A DNA stretch of 64,000 nt. It comes from Candidatus Latescibacterota bacterium. Lineage in GTDB: Bacteria; Latescibacterota; UBA2968; SICM01. The notes beneath the pieces are model-generated. The model made no database searches. It worked only from the letters and a program-made list of their open reading frames with translations, and was not told the DNA's origin. This document shows, piece after piece, positions 20,383-31,187 of this stretch. Positions within the stretch are counted from its first letter, which is position 1; each line of letters starts with the position of its first letter. The DNA lies in assembly GCA_965217865.1 (NCBI GenBank), contig CBDCJO010000002.1, positions 480,001-544,000 of the forward strand, in the 5' to 3' direction. Made by a program: the position numbers and the translations under genes.

Positions 20383-21303
20383 TCACCTATGACCCGCCTT
20401 TTGCATTTTCCATTTTACATCTTCCCGCTGCCACCTGCCACTGCTACTGCCGTTCCATGACCTCTGACATCCGATCCCCGCCTTATCGATTCCCGAGTCA
20501 CGATCCACGGACCCCGGCTTTTCCGATCCACGATCCCCGGCCTTTCCCTTGAGCAGATTATTCAGGTACTTCAGACTGTGCCTTGCCGCACCATCCGGAT
20601 CGTCTGTCGGCTCAGTCTCCAGAATGAAATATCCCCTGTATCCGACCTCCTTCAACGATTCCACACAACCCTTCAGATCGACATCCCCTGTTCCAAGCAA
20701 TTTATCGCCGGTGTCCTTGAGGTGAACCTGGGCAATCCGACCTTTGAGCAGGCGAATGTCCTGAATCGGATCTCCCCCAAGGGACTTGCTGTTGGTGGGG
20801 TCGAAGTAAGACCAAAGACTGGACGATCCGACCGTCTCGATCAGATTGAGGATCTCCTTGTAGCTCGTCACGTGACTGTTTCCGACAAGCTCCAGGGCGA
20901 GTATGGATTCATATTTTTGTGCGTGGTACGCCACGGCTTTCAGCTCTTCGACCCAAAAGGAATCGGCCTCTTTCTTATCCAATCCGTTGGGATTCGTTAC
21001 CGGGATCAAAATCGTTCTCGACCCCAGCTCCGAGGCGGCCTTCAAGGAATTCAGGACGATGTCTTTAGCGGTTGTCCGATGGGCAACGTCCCTGTCCGCG
21101 AAACTGAATCTCCAGAACGAATGAAGACAGATCGAAGGCACTTCGACTTCGGTCCGCTGAGACCTCTCCCTGAGGGCCTCGAGCCCGCCTGATTTCCAAA
21201 GCTCCGTGTTTAGATAATCATCCCCATGCAACCCCAGTTCCACCCCGTCAAACCCGAGTGTCTTCGCCGCGTCGAAAACCTCCGTCCAATCCCGCTTGAT
21301 CAC
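20383..21303 (-). CDS. Sugar phosphate isomerase/epimerase (hexulose-6-P isomerase-like)
   Basis: GFDGVEL, LALE, YFDPTN, VHLKD, LGTGDVD, GYRGYFILE; the last about 55 codons read through repeat DNA. Confidence 0.85.
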   Translation of the reverse strand: MIKRDWTEVFDAAKTLGFDGVELGLHGDDYLNTELWKSGGLEALRERSQRTEVEVPSICLHSFWRFSFADRDVAHRTTAKDIVLNSLKAASELGSRTILIPVTNPNGLDKKEADSFWVEELKAVAYHAQKYESILALELVGNSHVTSYKEILNLIETVGSSSLWSYFDPTNSKSLGGDPIQDIRLLKGRIAQVHLKDTGDKLLGTGDVDLKGCVESLKEVGYRGYFILETEPTDDPDGAARHSLKYLNNLLKGKAGDRGSEKPGSVDRDSGIDKAGIGCQRSWNGSSSGRWQREDVKWKMQKAGHR

Positions 21304-21577
21304 CGCTTCCGTAGTTCCGATCTTGTAATTCAGATCTCCAATGGGATCCTCCCATACGCCTCTCCCGAAAAAATGATTTAACCAATCTCTACTAGATCGA
21401 TTCTAATTCAAACTGTATTCTCAGATCTTGAATTAATGCTTTCGGACGCGACCTTTATGATTCCTCTAACAATCTCTGGCTTCGCTACCGCCACACCGCT
21501 ACTGCTTTTCCCTGACCTCTAACCACCGACTTCCGATCCACGAGTCACGAACCACGATCCCCGGCCTTTTAAACAAT

Positions 21578-21610
21578 AGAGGCCGGAGGACATTCGCCCC
21601 ACGGCCTCTT
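21578..21610 (-). terminator. Hairpin, probable terminator after frr
   Basis: AGAGGCCG...CGGCCTCT inverted repeat. Confidence 0.5.
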
Positions 21611-21633
21611 GCCGATCCTTCTTCCCGAAACGT

Positions 21634-22191
21634 CTATACCTCCATGATCTCGGCCTCTTTTTTCTTCAGGATTTCTTCCACCTTTTTGACGTGTTCATCG
21701 GTTAGATCCTGCACTTGCTTAAGGGCCCTTTTGCTGTCGTCTTCGGGAATCTCACCCGACTTCTCGCCATCTTTGAGCATCTCATTGGCTGCTCGCCTGG
21801 CGTTCCGAATCGAGATGCGGCCCTCTTCGGTCAGCTTTTGTACGACCCGGACAAGATCCTTACGCCGTTCCTCCGTAAGCGATGGAATCGGAAGACGGAT
21901 AATTGTCCCGTCATTCGAGGGGGTAAGCCCCAGGCCGGAGGCCAGAATGGCCTTTTCCACGACCGATATGACGCTTTTATCCCAGGGCTCGATCGTCAGC
22001 ATACGGGGTTCCGGAATGCTGATCGTGGCAACTTGGTTGACAGGCACCTGCGAACCGTAATATTCCACCCGCACGACATCCAGAAGGTTTGTCGTCGCGC
22101 GTCCCGTTCGGATCAGTGCCATCTCGTGACGGACCGACTCGATGGCCTTTTCCATATCCGATCGGGTTGCTGATAGGATATCCTTGATCAT
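21634..22191 (-). CDS. frr: Ribosome recycling factor
   Basis: [35 protein letters not shown]. Confidence 0.97.
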   Translation of the reverse strand: MIKDILSATRSDMEKAIESVRHEMALIRTGRATTNLLDVVRVEYYGSQVPVNQVATISIPEPRMLTIEPWDKSVISVVEKAILASGLGLTPSNDGTIIRLPIPSLTEERRKDLVRVVQKLTEEGRISIRNARRAANEMLKDGEKSGEIPEDDSKRALKQVQDLTDEHVKKVEEILKKKEAEIMEV

Positions 22192-22910
22192 GGCGGACTC
22201 TCCCCGACGAATGTACCGATCGATTCCCCAAGCGCGGCTTTGACGAGATTCCCCTTATTCAGTACGTTGAAGACCATGATCGGCATCTGGTTATCCATAC
22301 AGAGCGAAATCGCCGTCGCGTCCATCACCTGTAGCCTTTTTTCCAGGACGTCGATATAGGTCAGGGTATCGAAGCGGACAGCTGAAGAATTCTTTCTGGG
22401 GTCCGAATCATAGACCCCGTCGACGTTTGTTCCTTTTAGAATGACTTCCGCCTCGATCTCCATAGCCCGGAGCGCAGCGGCGGTATCGGTCGTGAAGTAG
22501 GGATTACCCGTTCCAGCCCCAAAAATGACGACCCGTCCCTTTTCAAGGTGCCTCGTCGCCTTGCGTCGGATAAAAGGCTCCGCAACCGCTTCCATTCGAA
22601 TAGCGGTCTGAACCCGGGTGAATACACCCATCTTTTCTAGCGCGTCTTGGAGTGCAAGGGCATTGATGACCGTGCCAAGCATCCCCATATAGTCCGCCGA
22701 GACCTTTTCCATACCCTGTTCGGCTGCCTCGTCGCCACGGCAGATATTCCCGGCACCAATAACGATCCCAACATCAACCCCGGCCTCCCGGATCTCCTTG
22801 ATCTCGGTGGCGATTTCCTGCACAACCCTTGAGTCGATGATCCTGCCATCGGACCCTCCGAGGATCTCGCCGCTCATCTTGAGGAGAACCCGTCGGTATT
22901 TGGGCTTCAC
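22188..22910 (-). CDS. pyrH: UMP kinase
   Basis: [34 protein letters not shown]. Confidence 0.97.
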   Translation of the reverse strand: MKPKYRRVLLKMSGEILGGSDGRIIDSRVVQEIATEIKEIREAGVDVGIVIGAGNICRGDEAAEQGMEKVSADYMGMLGTVINALALQDALEKMGVFTRVQTAIRMEAVAEPFIRRKATRHLEKGRVVIFGAGTGNPYFTTDTAAALRAMEIEAEVILKGTNVDGVYDSDPRKNSSAVRFDTLTYIDVLEKRLQVMDATAISLCMDNQMPIMVFNVLNKGNLVKAALGESIGTFVGESPP

Positions 22911-23018
22911 GAAGACTCCAGGAAACCTTGTGGACGATTAAAAGGGATTGGGAATTCGACAGGGAATCAAAAAAGAAAACGGAAGGGACGTCCTCCTTTG
23001 GGAGGCCTTAAACGAGGG

Positions 23019-23882
23019 TTACTCTTCTCCAAGCATAAACCGCGCAAACCGACCCACTGAGATACCCTCGCCCAATTTTTCCCCTTTCACAGAGAGAAGG
23101 TCTCCAACCGTTTGATCAGGATCTTTGATGAAGGACTGCTCAACGAGGCAGGCCTCCTGATAGTATTTTTCCAGGCGGCCCGCTACGATCCGGTCCAGAA
23201 CCTTTTCCGGTTTGCCTTCCGTCGCAGCCTGCTCCCTGTATATCGATTTCTCCCGCTCGATGCGATCGGTCGGGATATCCTCTCGAGATACCGCAATTGG
23301 GCTGGACGCAGCGACCTGCATGGCCAAATCCCTCGCCAGGGTTTGTAATTCCGGTCCGTCGGCAACCCCCTCAGTCTCGCATCGCACTTCAACAAGGGAT
23401 CCGAGTTTGCTCCCCGCGTGGATATACGAAGTTAATACCCCCTCGCTATTCAAAGACACGCGAGTGAAACGTCTTATGGAAATATTCTCTCCGGTTTTGG
23501 AAATCAACTCCAGGAGCTTATCTTTGATCGGTTTATCCGGCTCTTTAACAAAGGATTCTTCTGAAGACTCCGACTCCCCAAGATATTCGGCAACCTGTTC
23601 GGAAAACGTCCGAAACTCCTCGGTGCGGGCAACAAAGTCCGTCTCACTGTTGATCTCGACAAGAACCCCGAGGTGTCGGTCAGGCTTGATGTACGATGCA
23701 ACCAGCCCTTCGTTGGCGGAGCGTCCTGCACGACTCTCTGCCTTGGCGATGCCACGCTTCCGCAGGATATCCACCGCCCTCTCCATATCCCCTTCGGCCT
23801 CTTCTAAGGCCCTTTTACAGTCCATCATCCCCGCGTTGGTCTTCATGCGAAGGGTCTTGACCATTTCAGATGTGATCGTCAT
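23019..23882 (-). CDS. tsf: Elongation factor Ts
   Basis: AGMMDCKRAL, EINSETDFVAR. Confidence 0.97.
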   Translation of the reverse strand: MTITSEMVKTLRMKTNAGMMDCKRALEEAEGDMERAVDILRKRGIAKAESRAGRSANEGLVASYIKPDRHLGVLVEINSETDFVARTEEFRTFSEQVAEYLGESESSEESFVKEPDKPIKDKLLELISKTGENISIRRFTRVSLNSEGVLTSYIHAGSKLGSLVEVRCETEGVADGPELQTLARDLAMQVAASSPIAVSREDIPTDRIEREKSIYREQAATEGKPEKVLDRIVAGRLEKYYQEACLVEQSFIKDPDQTVGDLLSVKGEKLGEGISVGRFARFMLGEE

Positions 23883-23971
23883 CGATGAAACACTCCCTGA
23901 ACCGATATAAGTCCAACCACGCCTGGAATTGATACTTGGTTCAATTATTCTCCCACGCTGAAATACCCAGC

Positions 23972-24946
23972 CTACCCCCTTCTACCTCCCCTGGGTCCAC
24001 CGCCCCTTCCTCCACCACCTCTTCCTCCACCGCCTCTTCCGCCTCCTCCTCTTCCGCCTCCTCCTCTTCCGCCTCCTCCTCTTCCCCCACCACCCCGTCC
24101 GCCGCCCCCAAATCCAGGCCGGCTTCCTTTATCATCCCGACGGCCTTCCACCTTGTGGTCACTTGCTGAGAGTTCATCCTGGATAATCCGAATGTCCTCG
24201 GCCTCCTCGGACATAACCTTCTCATCCTCCCCTTCCTTTAAGACCTCCTCCGATTGAACCTTCGCCTGAGCCTCCATCACGGCATCAGCGATCTCTTTGG
24301 TGATCAGGCCGATCGAGCGAATTGCATCGTCGTTTCCCGGGATCGGATAATCGATCACGTCGGGATTGCAGTTCGTATCGACGATCGCTACGACCGGAAT
24401 ATCCAGTTTATTCGCCTCTGCGACAGAAATATTCTCCTTCTTCGTGTCCACGACGAATATCAGGCCCGGAAGCCCTTTCATGTTTCGAATCCCCCCCAGG
24501 GCCTTGTCAAGCCTTGCCCGCTCTTTCTGAAGCTGGATGATCTCCTTCTTCTTCAATTTCATCTTTTCGAACGAGCCTTCGGCTCTCATCTTGTCCAGTG
24601 CGTCCAAACGCCGAATGCTCTGCCGGACCGTTTGATAATTTGTCAGCATGCCCCCAAGCCACCTCTCGGTAACGTGGTACATGCCGCATCGTTCCGCTTC
24701 CCGCTCGATCACATCTTTGGACTGCTTCTTTGTGCCCACGAAAAGGACCGATTCTCCGTTCTCGACGGCTTCCCTTACGATGTTTGTCGCTTCCTCGATG
24801 CTCCGCAGCGTCTTCTGCAGGTCGATGATATAGATCCCGTGTCGTTCCGTAAAGATGAATTTTTTCATCTTCGGATTCCAACGGCGGGTCTGATGCCCGA
24901 AGTGAACACCAGCTTCCAGAAGGTCCTTCATGGGAACTACGCTCAT
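23972..24946 (-). CDS. rpsB: 30S ribosomal protein S2 with (GGGGR)n C-terminal tail
   Basis: [38 protein letters not shown]. Confidence 0.97.
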   Translation of the reverse strand: MSVVPMKDLLEAGVHFGHQTRRWNPKMKKFIFTERHGIYIIDLQKTLRSIEEATNIVREAVENGESVLFVGTKKQSKDVIEREAERCGMYHVTERWLGGMLTNYQTVRQSIRRLDALDKMRAEGSFEKMKLKKKEIIQLQKERARLDKALGGIRNMKGLPGLIFVVDTKKENISVAEANKLDIPVVAIVDTNCNPDVIDYPIPGNDDAIRSIGLITKEIADAVMEAQAKVQSEEVLKEGEDEKVMSEEAEDIRIIQDELSASDHKVEGRRDDKGSRPGFGGGGRGGGGRGGGGRGGGGRGGGGRGGGGRGGGGRGGGPRGGRRG

Positions 24947-25066
24947 TAAAATCCTCCTGACGGGTTTATCCTATGCACCCCTCGCTTCGCCCCTTAGTCC
25001 GTTCGGACACCCGCGGTGGCGATCAGGATGCAAGTGAAATGGGGGGAGAGAACTCCCCGCAATCGA

Positions 25067-25456
25067 TCATCTCTTTGAAAACTGAAATCGTTTCCGCGCG
25101 CCTGGCTGACCTGGCTTTTTTCTTTCGACCATCCGGGAATCTCGAGTTAGCAGCCCGGCCACACGGAGTTGCTTCCGGAGCGACTCATCGTTCTTCAAGA
25201 GTGCCCTGGCGATGCCAAGGCGCACTGCCCCCGCCTGACCGGCCAATCCCCCTCCGTTGGACTTGATCTTGAGGTCGAACTGGTCAGTCCCCTCAATCAG
25301 CACCAATGGTTGCTCCATCAGCATGACAAGCGTCTCTCGGGCGAAGTATTCGGCCGGGGTGCGACCATTGATCGTAATTTTTCCCGATCCGGGTGTAAGC
25401 CGGACGGTGGCGGCCGCCTCTTTCCGACGCCCCGTAGCGATCACGACATCACTCAA
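25067..25456 (-). CDS. rpsI: 30S ribosomal protein S9
   Basis: [23 protein letters not shown]...QFSKR. Confidence 0.97.
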   Translation of the reverse strand: MSDVVIATGRRKEAAATVRLTPGSGKITINGRTPAEYFARETLVMLMEQPLVLIEGTDQFDLKIKSNGGGLAGQAGAVRLGIARALLKNDESLRKQLRVAGLLTRDSRMVERKKPGQPGARKRFQFSKR

Positions 25457-25810
25457 ACCTCTTCCTCCTTAAAGTTTTTTTCGGTTTGTGGATTGTTTCA
25501 AAAGCCAAACTGTATTCTCAGATCTTGAATTATTGTTTCTTGGGCGCAACTTTGCACCTTGCATTTTCCCACTGACCCCCGTCCTTCGACTGCGTTCCGC
25601 AAAAAACGCGGAACTCCGCTCAGGATGTGTTCAATAAGACTTTATGATTGTTAGCCTATCGCGGCCATTGCTTCGCTCAGGTCCTTAAATTTCCATTTTA
25701 CACCCTGCAATTTCCTCCCCTTATCTCGACCCCAGCTTTGCCTCTTCCTGCCACTGCCTTTCCCGTCTCACGTCTCATTTGACGTTTTGACGGCTTTCAA
25801 TCTTCATTCT

Positions 25811-26245
25811 TCAATCGTCAATTTTCAGGGTTTCCGGTTTCTGCGCTTGTTGCTTATGATCGGGTCCTTTATATACCTTGAGCTTCTTACCCATCTTGCG
25901 CCCCAGCCGATTATGGGGAAGCATTCCGCGAATCGCAAATTCGAGAATCCTTGCGGGTTTCTCGCTCAAAAGCCTTTTATAGCTTGTCCTCTTCAACCCC
26001 CCTGGATAACCGGAATGCCGAAAGTACTCTTTTTGATCCGCCTTTCGGCCGGTGACAACGACCTTTTCCGCGTTCACCACGACAACATAATCCCCTGTGT
26101 CTACGTGGGGTGTATATATCACCTTGTGCTTCCCCCGCAGGATCTTCGCGATCTCGGATGCAAAGCGTCCGAGAACCATTCCATCCGCATCTACGACATA
26201 CCACTTTGGGGTAAAGGCACCTCGTTTGGCGTTGTAAGTCCTCAT
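25811..26245 (-). CDS. rplM: 50S ribosomal protein L13
   Basis: [28 protein letters not shown]. Confidence 0.97.
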   Translation of the reverse strand: MRTYNAKRGAFTPKWYVVDADGMVLGRFASEIAKILRGKHKVIYTPHVDTGDYVVVVNAEKVVVTGRKADQKEYFRHSGYPGGLKRTSYKRLLSEKPARILEFAIRGMLPHNRLGRKMGKKLKVYKGPDHKQQAQKPETLKIDD

Positions 26246-26409
26246 AAATGACCCTTCATACAATCAAGAACGAAAGTTGTGGACCTATTTTCAGGATTAG
26301 CAAAGCTTTATATACTAATCTCAAATGGTATTTTTGTCAAGGACAAATTCGAATTTCGTGATGAGTGTAACCGGCCCGGTCCCGGCCTTCGGAGGAAACC
26401 CATTCTCAG

Positions 26410-27027
26410 TCAATCTTCCTTCCCCACCCTCTCCTTCAGCATCAACAGAGCGATAATCGTCTTCCCGTCAACGATCCCCCCCTCATCGATCATCTTCAGC
26501 GCTTTCTCGAACGGGACAACGTGTGTGCGAATGTTCTCCGCCTCGGACGAAATTCCCGCCTCCTTGAGAATCCCTTCAGCCTTTTTTACCCTGGCCAGAT
26601 ACAGCTCGATCCGTTCGGATGTCCCTCCGGGACTGACATAGAATGTGGAAAGATGATCCAGGGGACCCTTCAGAGAGTATCCCGTCTCTTCGAAAAGCTC
26701 CCGCCTTGCGACCGCCTGGCCGTCCGCATCTTTTATGCCCGAGACGATCTCCAGGATCCAGCCCTTCCCGTCCCGCTTATTTTCGGGAAAACCGGCGTGC
26801 ACGGGGTAACGGAACTGCTCCACGAGAACGACCTCCTCGTCCTCTTCCGAATAGAGAATCACCCCGACACCATCTCCACGGTTAAAATTGGTCCGCGAAA
26901 TGTCAGGGCTCATGCTCCCGTCGAACCTTTCGTGCGAGAGCGTTGCTTTCTCGACTCGAAAGAAGACCCGGCCATCCGGAAACCTGTACTCATACGGAAC
27001 TTCCGTCTTCTTGATCTCGACTTTCAT
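26410..27027 (-). CDS. NUDIX hydrolase (ADP-ribose/GDP-mannose pyrophosphatase-like)
   Basis: VEQFRYP, ARRELFEETG Nudix box, YVSPGGTSE. Confidence 0.9.
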   Translation of the reverse strand: MKVEIKKTEVPYEYRFPDGRVFFRVEKATLSHERFDGSMSPDISRTNFNRGDGVGVILYSEEDEEVVLVEQFRYPVHAGFPENKRDGKGWILEIVSGIKDADGQAVARRELFEETGYSLKGPLDHLSTFYVSPGGTSERIELYLARVKKAEGILKEAGISSEAENIRTHVVPFEKALKMIDEGGIVDGKTIIALLMLKERVGKED

Positions 27028-27750
27028 CGGCTTTTCCTGGTAAGGGTTTGATAAGTGCATATGCTTAGTGGATTGTTACGGAATTAGCCTTTCATTTACA
27101 CCGCTAGCCTGCGAAGGATGTCCGTTGAATTGGTGATATGTAAAGTTACGGTTGGTTTAACGCCCTCATCCCCTGTATCCCCTTCTCCCGCTTAGCAGGA
27201 GAAGGGGACGATGACATTCATTTTCTATATATTAAGGATCTTGCCATTCCCTCTTTAAACGGTTCCGAGAGGGATCGTGGCTTAACCGGGCCCTGGTGGA
27301 ACGTTAATAAGGAGGGACAGAGTCGCGCCCAAAAACCGATATTATGATTCAGGTACTGAGAGTGCAGGTAGACTTCCGTAATTGGAGAGTCTTTTTGTTT
27401 GCTTTCACCCCCTCCCCAAGGTCGCCCTTTTTCTTACTACCACCCACCGGTTGCTCTCTTGCTCGCTACCCCCAGCCCTTAAGAAAAAGGGCGGAAAAAG
27501 AAGGATCCTTCGACTCCGCGGCAAAACCGCCGCTCCGCTCAGGACATGCTCTGCTCAAACGCCGCGGAGGCTGGGCGCAGCCGAAGCCGGGCGCTAGATG
27601 ACAAACAAAATTTAGTGCCCCTTCGAGAGGTCTCGTGGCTTCAACGGGCTTGGGTGGAACGATCAAAAGAAGAGGCCGCGTTGCGCCCAAAAGCAAAAAT
27701 ATGATTCAGATGCCAATAATACAGTATGAATTTCAAAACAATCTACTAGT

Positions 27751-29583
27751 CCCTATACAAGCGTGAATTTTTCTTGGTTTTAGTAGAAAAAAGTTGAAAA
27801 TGCCCCAGTTTTCAGGCCTATAGTTGTAGTGTGAAAGACAAAAAGAGGCCATCAAAAGGGGCATTTCAGATGAGAGAATATAGGAAGATTCTTCGGAACA
27901 GGGAAGCACGAATTGTCCGTCGTTTGCGTCGGAAGCAGTGGTGCAGTCAGGTCAAGCCTATGATGTCTGGGGGAAACATCCACTACGAGATAAGTGGGAA
28001 GGCCGAGGCGATCACGTGTGGGGGGATCGGCGCGTTTCACCACATGGTCCGCAGGGTTGGGCTGGTGAAAGAGATTGACCGTCATCTTCATCTTTTGAAA
28101 GTGCATTTGCCCTGTCACGAATCAGACCACGTTCTGAACATCGCCTACAATGCGCTGGTTGGTGGTCAACGCCTTGAAGACATTGAGCTGCGCCGGCAGG
28201 ATGCCACGTTCCTGAACGCTTTGGGCGCTCAGCGTCTCCCGGATCCGGCCACAGCAGGCGACTTTACACGTCGTTTCCGGCCATCGGATATCGAGACGTT
28301 GATGGATTGCATCAACCGGGTGCGCACCCGGATCTGGAAAAAGCGCGCCAGGGGCGAACTCAAAGAAGCCCTCATCGACATCGACGGCACCCTGGCCACC
28401 ACCCTCGGAGAACGCAAGCAGGGCATGGCCCTGTCATACAACGGTATCTGGGGATACCATCCTCTCGTGGTCTCTCTGGCGAACACCAGGGAGGTGTTGT
28501 TTCTTGTGAATCGACCCGGCAATGTGCCCAGCCACGACGGTGCCGTAAAGTGGATCGATCGCGCCATCGCGCTGGTCGCCCCTTTCGCCAAACGCATCTG
28601 CCTGCGCGGAGACACCGGCTTCTCACTCACCCGGCACTTCGATCGTTGGTCGGAAAAGGTCGACTTCGTCTTCGGCATGGATGCTTACCGGGGATTGGTC
28701 AAGATCGCCAAATCCCTGTCACAGAGCGATTGGGAGCCCTTTGAACGACAACCCAAATACCAGGTCAAAACCTCCCAGAGACAGAAACGCGAGAACGTGA
28801 AAGCCCGGATCATCCGGGAGCGCGGCTTCAAAAACATCCGACTTGCCAGTGAACGTGTTGCCGGGGTTTCGTATCGTCCTGCTCGATGCAGGAAGACCTG
28901 TCGACTCGTGATCCTCGAAAAGAACCTGAGCGTCGAACGCGGCGAAAACGCCCTGTTCGATGACAAGCGCTGTTTCTTCTACATTACCACCCGAAAAGAT
29001 CTTACGGCCGCGGAAATCGTGAGGCTGGCCAATCGACGGTGCGATCAGGAAAACGTGATTGAACAACTCAAGAACGGGGTCAACGCCATGCGGATGCCCG
29101 TCGACAACCTGATGAGCAACTGGGCTTACATGGTCATGACCGCCCTGGCGTGGAACCTCAAAGCCTGGTTCGCGTTGATGATCCGAAAGCGTGAGCGTCG
29201 CGATCAACTTCTGAGAATGGAGTTTCGCGCCTTCCTCCAGAATCTGATCTGGATCCCTTGCCAGATCGTGACCCGGGGAAGACAGATCATCTATCGTGTC
29301 TTGGGCTACAACCGGTGGATGACTGACTTCTTCCCGGCCTGGAACAGAATCAGATGGCTCAAACCGGCCTGACTGCCATGTCAGCACCTGTCGTCGTAAC
29401 ATCACAGGGACAAGTCCGTCCACCCCGGCTAAAACACGTCCGCAAACTCAGTTAATTAGACAATCGCATGCCGAAACAATCACAAAAACAGCCCAGACAT
29501 CATCTCCACCAAGTCACAAGTCTGAAATGCTCCGAAATCTTGTATAACACACCGCTCAACAAGCCTATTCGCTTATTTTAGGG
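27751..29583 (+). mobile_element. IS1380-family insertion sequence
   Basis: Imperfect TIRs CCCTATACAAGCG / CGCTTATTTTAGGG flank the transposase; the right end recurs at 51072. Confidence 0.85.
27831..29372 (+). CDS. IS1380-family DDE transposase
   Basis: IDIDGT, YNGIWGYHPL, LRGDTGF, RCDQENVIEQLK. Confidence 0.9.
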   Translation: MKDKKRPSKGAFQMREYRKILRNREARIVRRLRRKQWCSQVKPMMSGGNIHYEISGKAEAITCGGIGAFHHMVRRVGLVKEIDRHLHLLKVHLPCHESDHVLNIAYNALVGGQRLEDIELRRQDATFLNALGAQRLPDPATAGDFTRRFRPSDIETLMDCINRVRTRIWKKRARGELKEALIDIDGTLATTLGERKQGMALSYNGIWGYHPLVVSLANTREVLFLVNRPGNVPSHDGAVKWIDRAIALVAPFAKRICLRGDTGFSLTRHFDRWSEKVDFVFGMDAYRGLVKIAKSLSQSDWEPFERQPKYQVKTSQRQKRENVKARIIRERGFKNIRLASERVAGVSYRPARCRKTCRLVILEKNLSVERGENALFDDKRCFFYITTRKDLTAAEIVRLANRRCDQENVIEQLKNGVNAMRMPVDNLMSNWAYMVMTALAWNLKAWFALMIRKRERRDQLLRMEFRAFLQNLIWIPCQIVTRGRQIIYRVLGYNRWMTDFFPAWNRIRWLKPA

Positions 29584-29924
29584 CTGGTACCGTAGCCTTG
29601 CACTGCAGCCTCCTTCTTGCCTGCCGGATTCCAACCGAATTCCACAGGCTGGTACTGACGAACCGGACTTCCTCTACGAGCGACCGCAGATAGATGGAAA
29701 CGATAGGAACTGCTGCAGAGTGCACGAATCAGAAGGTCGAGCCGCGCTTCCTGTGCCACCGAATACGTCTCACGCTGCCACTGGTACCAGCGGGAGACCA
29801 CGGCTCGCACCAGACGCCATGGACTCGGCGGCCACTCTCCAAGCGCGTCTGCAAACGGGTTCGCGCGCCATGGCGTGGCATGGAATCGACCAAGCGGGAA
29901 TAACTGGCAAAGCACGATGCTCAT
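29584..29924 (-). pseudogene. csb2: Type I-G Csb2 (Cas5/6 fusion), 3'-truncated by IS1380
   Basis: FPLGRFHATPW...EWPPSPWRLVRAVV signature; the ORF runs into the IS end. Confidence 0.85.
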
Positions 29925-29927
29925 TAT

Positions 29928-31187
29928 TCACTCGTCTGCAGCTCGATCGTCCTCGTCGGCCCCCTCCGCGTCGTCGCCGGGACCGTTGGTCACCGGCTCG
30001 GCATCACTCGCCTCGCGGTACAGATCTTCGCTGGACCAATAGATGTCGGTGACAGGCTTATCGGCGAAGCCGGCGCCTCCGATGGCTTCCGGAATGTTGG
30101 CCTCGATTTCCACATCCTCTTCGCCGTTCCTAAGGCTATCGAGCTGAAGATGGCAACCAGACCGAAAGCGAAACGGCACGCTCAACAGTCGTTCAATCTT
30201 CCACAGCGCCATAGCGACCAGACACTCCTTCTGTTTCTCACTCAGGCCGAGCTGCTTCTTCCCATCCATGCGGCCAAATGAGCGAATGAGCGCAACATCG
30301 AGGATGAACGTCGCGCGAATCTCCCTGGCGGTCGCATCATCAACCGCAAAGATGGGCTGGCCCGAGGTCGTCTTACCAAGCCGATCGAACTTGACCCCCG
30401 ATCGATCGACGCGACCCGCCCCAAGAGCTTCCATGTGGGCAGCTCTCGAAATCTTGACCTGCCACTTCGGAAACATCACGCCATGGACCAGTGCATTCGG
30501 GTCGTACTTGAAGATGGTCTTGAAGACGTCCCACCACTTGGCGAATGGCGGATGCGCCTTCTTACTATCTGCGAGCACAAGGCCGAACTCTTTGGCGAGC
30601 GTGCTCTGAAAGGTTGCTTCTGCCTCGGTCTTCTTTGCCTTCGCCGCCTTGGCCTTAGCTTGCTTTTCTAGTTCCTTCTTTTTGCCCTCGTCGGCTTCCC
30701 CTTTTGCGTCGTCCTTGAGCCTTCTCTCCTCCTGCTTGAGGCGGTCCACTTGTAGCTTCCTGAGGCCGTCACCTTTCATGTGCTCGCCATCAAGGAAGTA
30801 CGACGAAGCAATGCGATGACCCTCAGTCAGGCTCGTCACGACGACTTGGCGCTCAGACAACCTTCCATCGGCTACTGGACCTGTAACGCACCGCAGGAAT
30901 GGCATCCCCGATAGATCGTCGACGAGATCGGGGTCGTGGGGGCCGCGCATGCACACCGACTCGAGATGGTTTGCCATACTTGCTGCGCTGTCGACGATGC
31001 ACACGTGCTCCGTTGTTCCGTCCGCGCACGGCGCTTTGTAGATCACGTGCCCGACCTCGGGAAAGCCAGCGGGTTGAAATCGGTCAAGACCTGCAACGGG
31101 TAAAAGGATTGCGGTAAACACGAGGGGAGATTCTCCCGACAGCACGGCGGCCGGGGTAAGTTTCTTCTTGGGTTTGGCTTCAGACAT
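29928..31187 (-). CDS. csb1: Type I-G Cas7 (Csb1)
   Basis: RFQPAGFP, VDSAASMANHLE, HRIASSY, YDPNALVHG, SGVKFD, RFRSGCHL; lies between csx17 and csb2. Confidence 0.88.
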   Translation of the reverse strand: MSEAKPKKKLTPAAVLSGESPLVFTAILLPVAGLDRFQPAGFPEVGHVIYKAPCADGTTEHVCIVDSAASMANHLESVCMRGPHDPDLVDDLSGMPFLRCVTGPVADGRLSERQVVVTSLTEGHRIASSYFLDGEHMKGDGLRKLQVDRLKQEERRLKDDAKGEADEGKKKELEKQAKAKAAKAKKTEAEATFQSTLAKEFGLVLADSKKAHPPFAKWWDVFKTIFKYDPNALVHGVMFPKWQVKISRAAHMEALGAGRVDRSGVKFDRLGKTTSGQPIFAVDDATAREIRATFILDVALIRSFGRMDGKKQLGLSEKQKECLVAMALWKIERLLSVPFRFRSGCHLQLDSLRNGEEDVEIEANIPEAIGGAGFADKPVTDIYWSSEDLYREASDAEPVTNGPGDDAEGADEDDRAADE

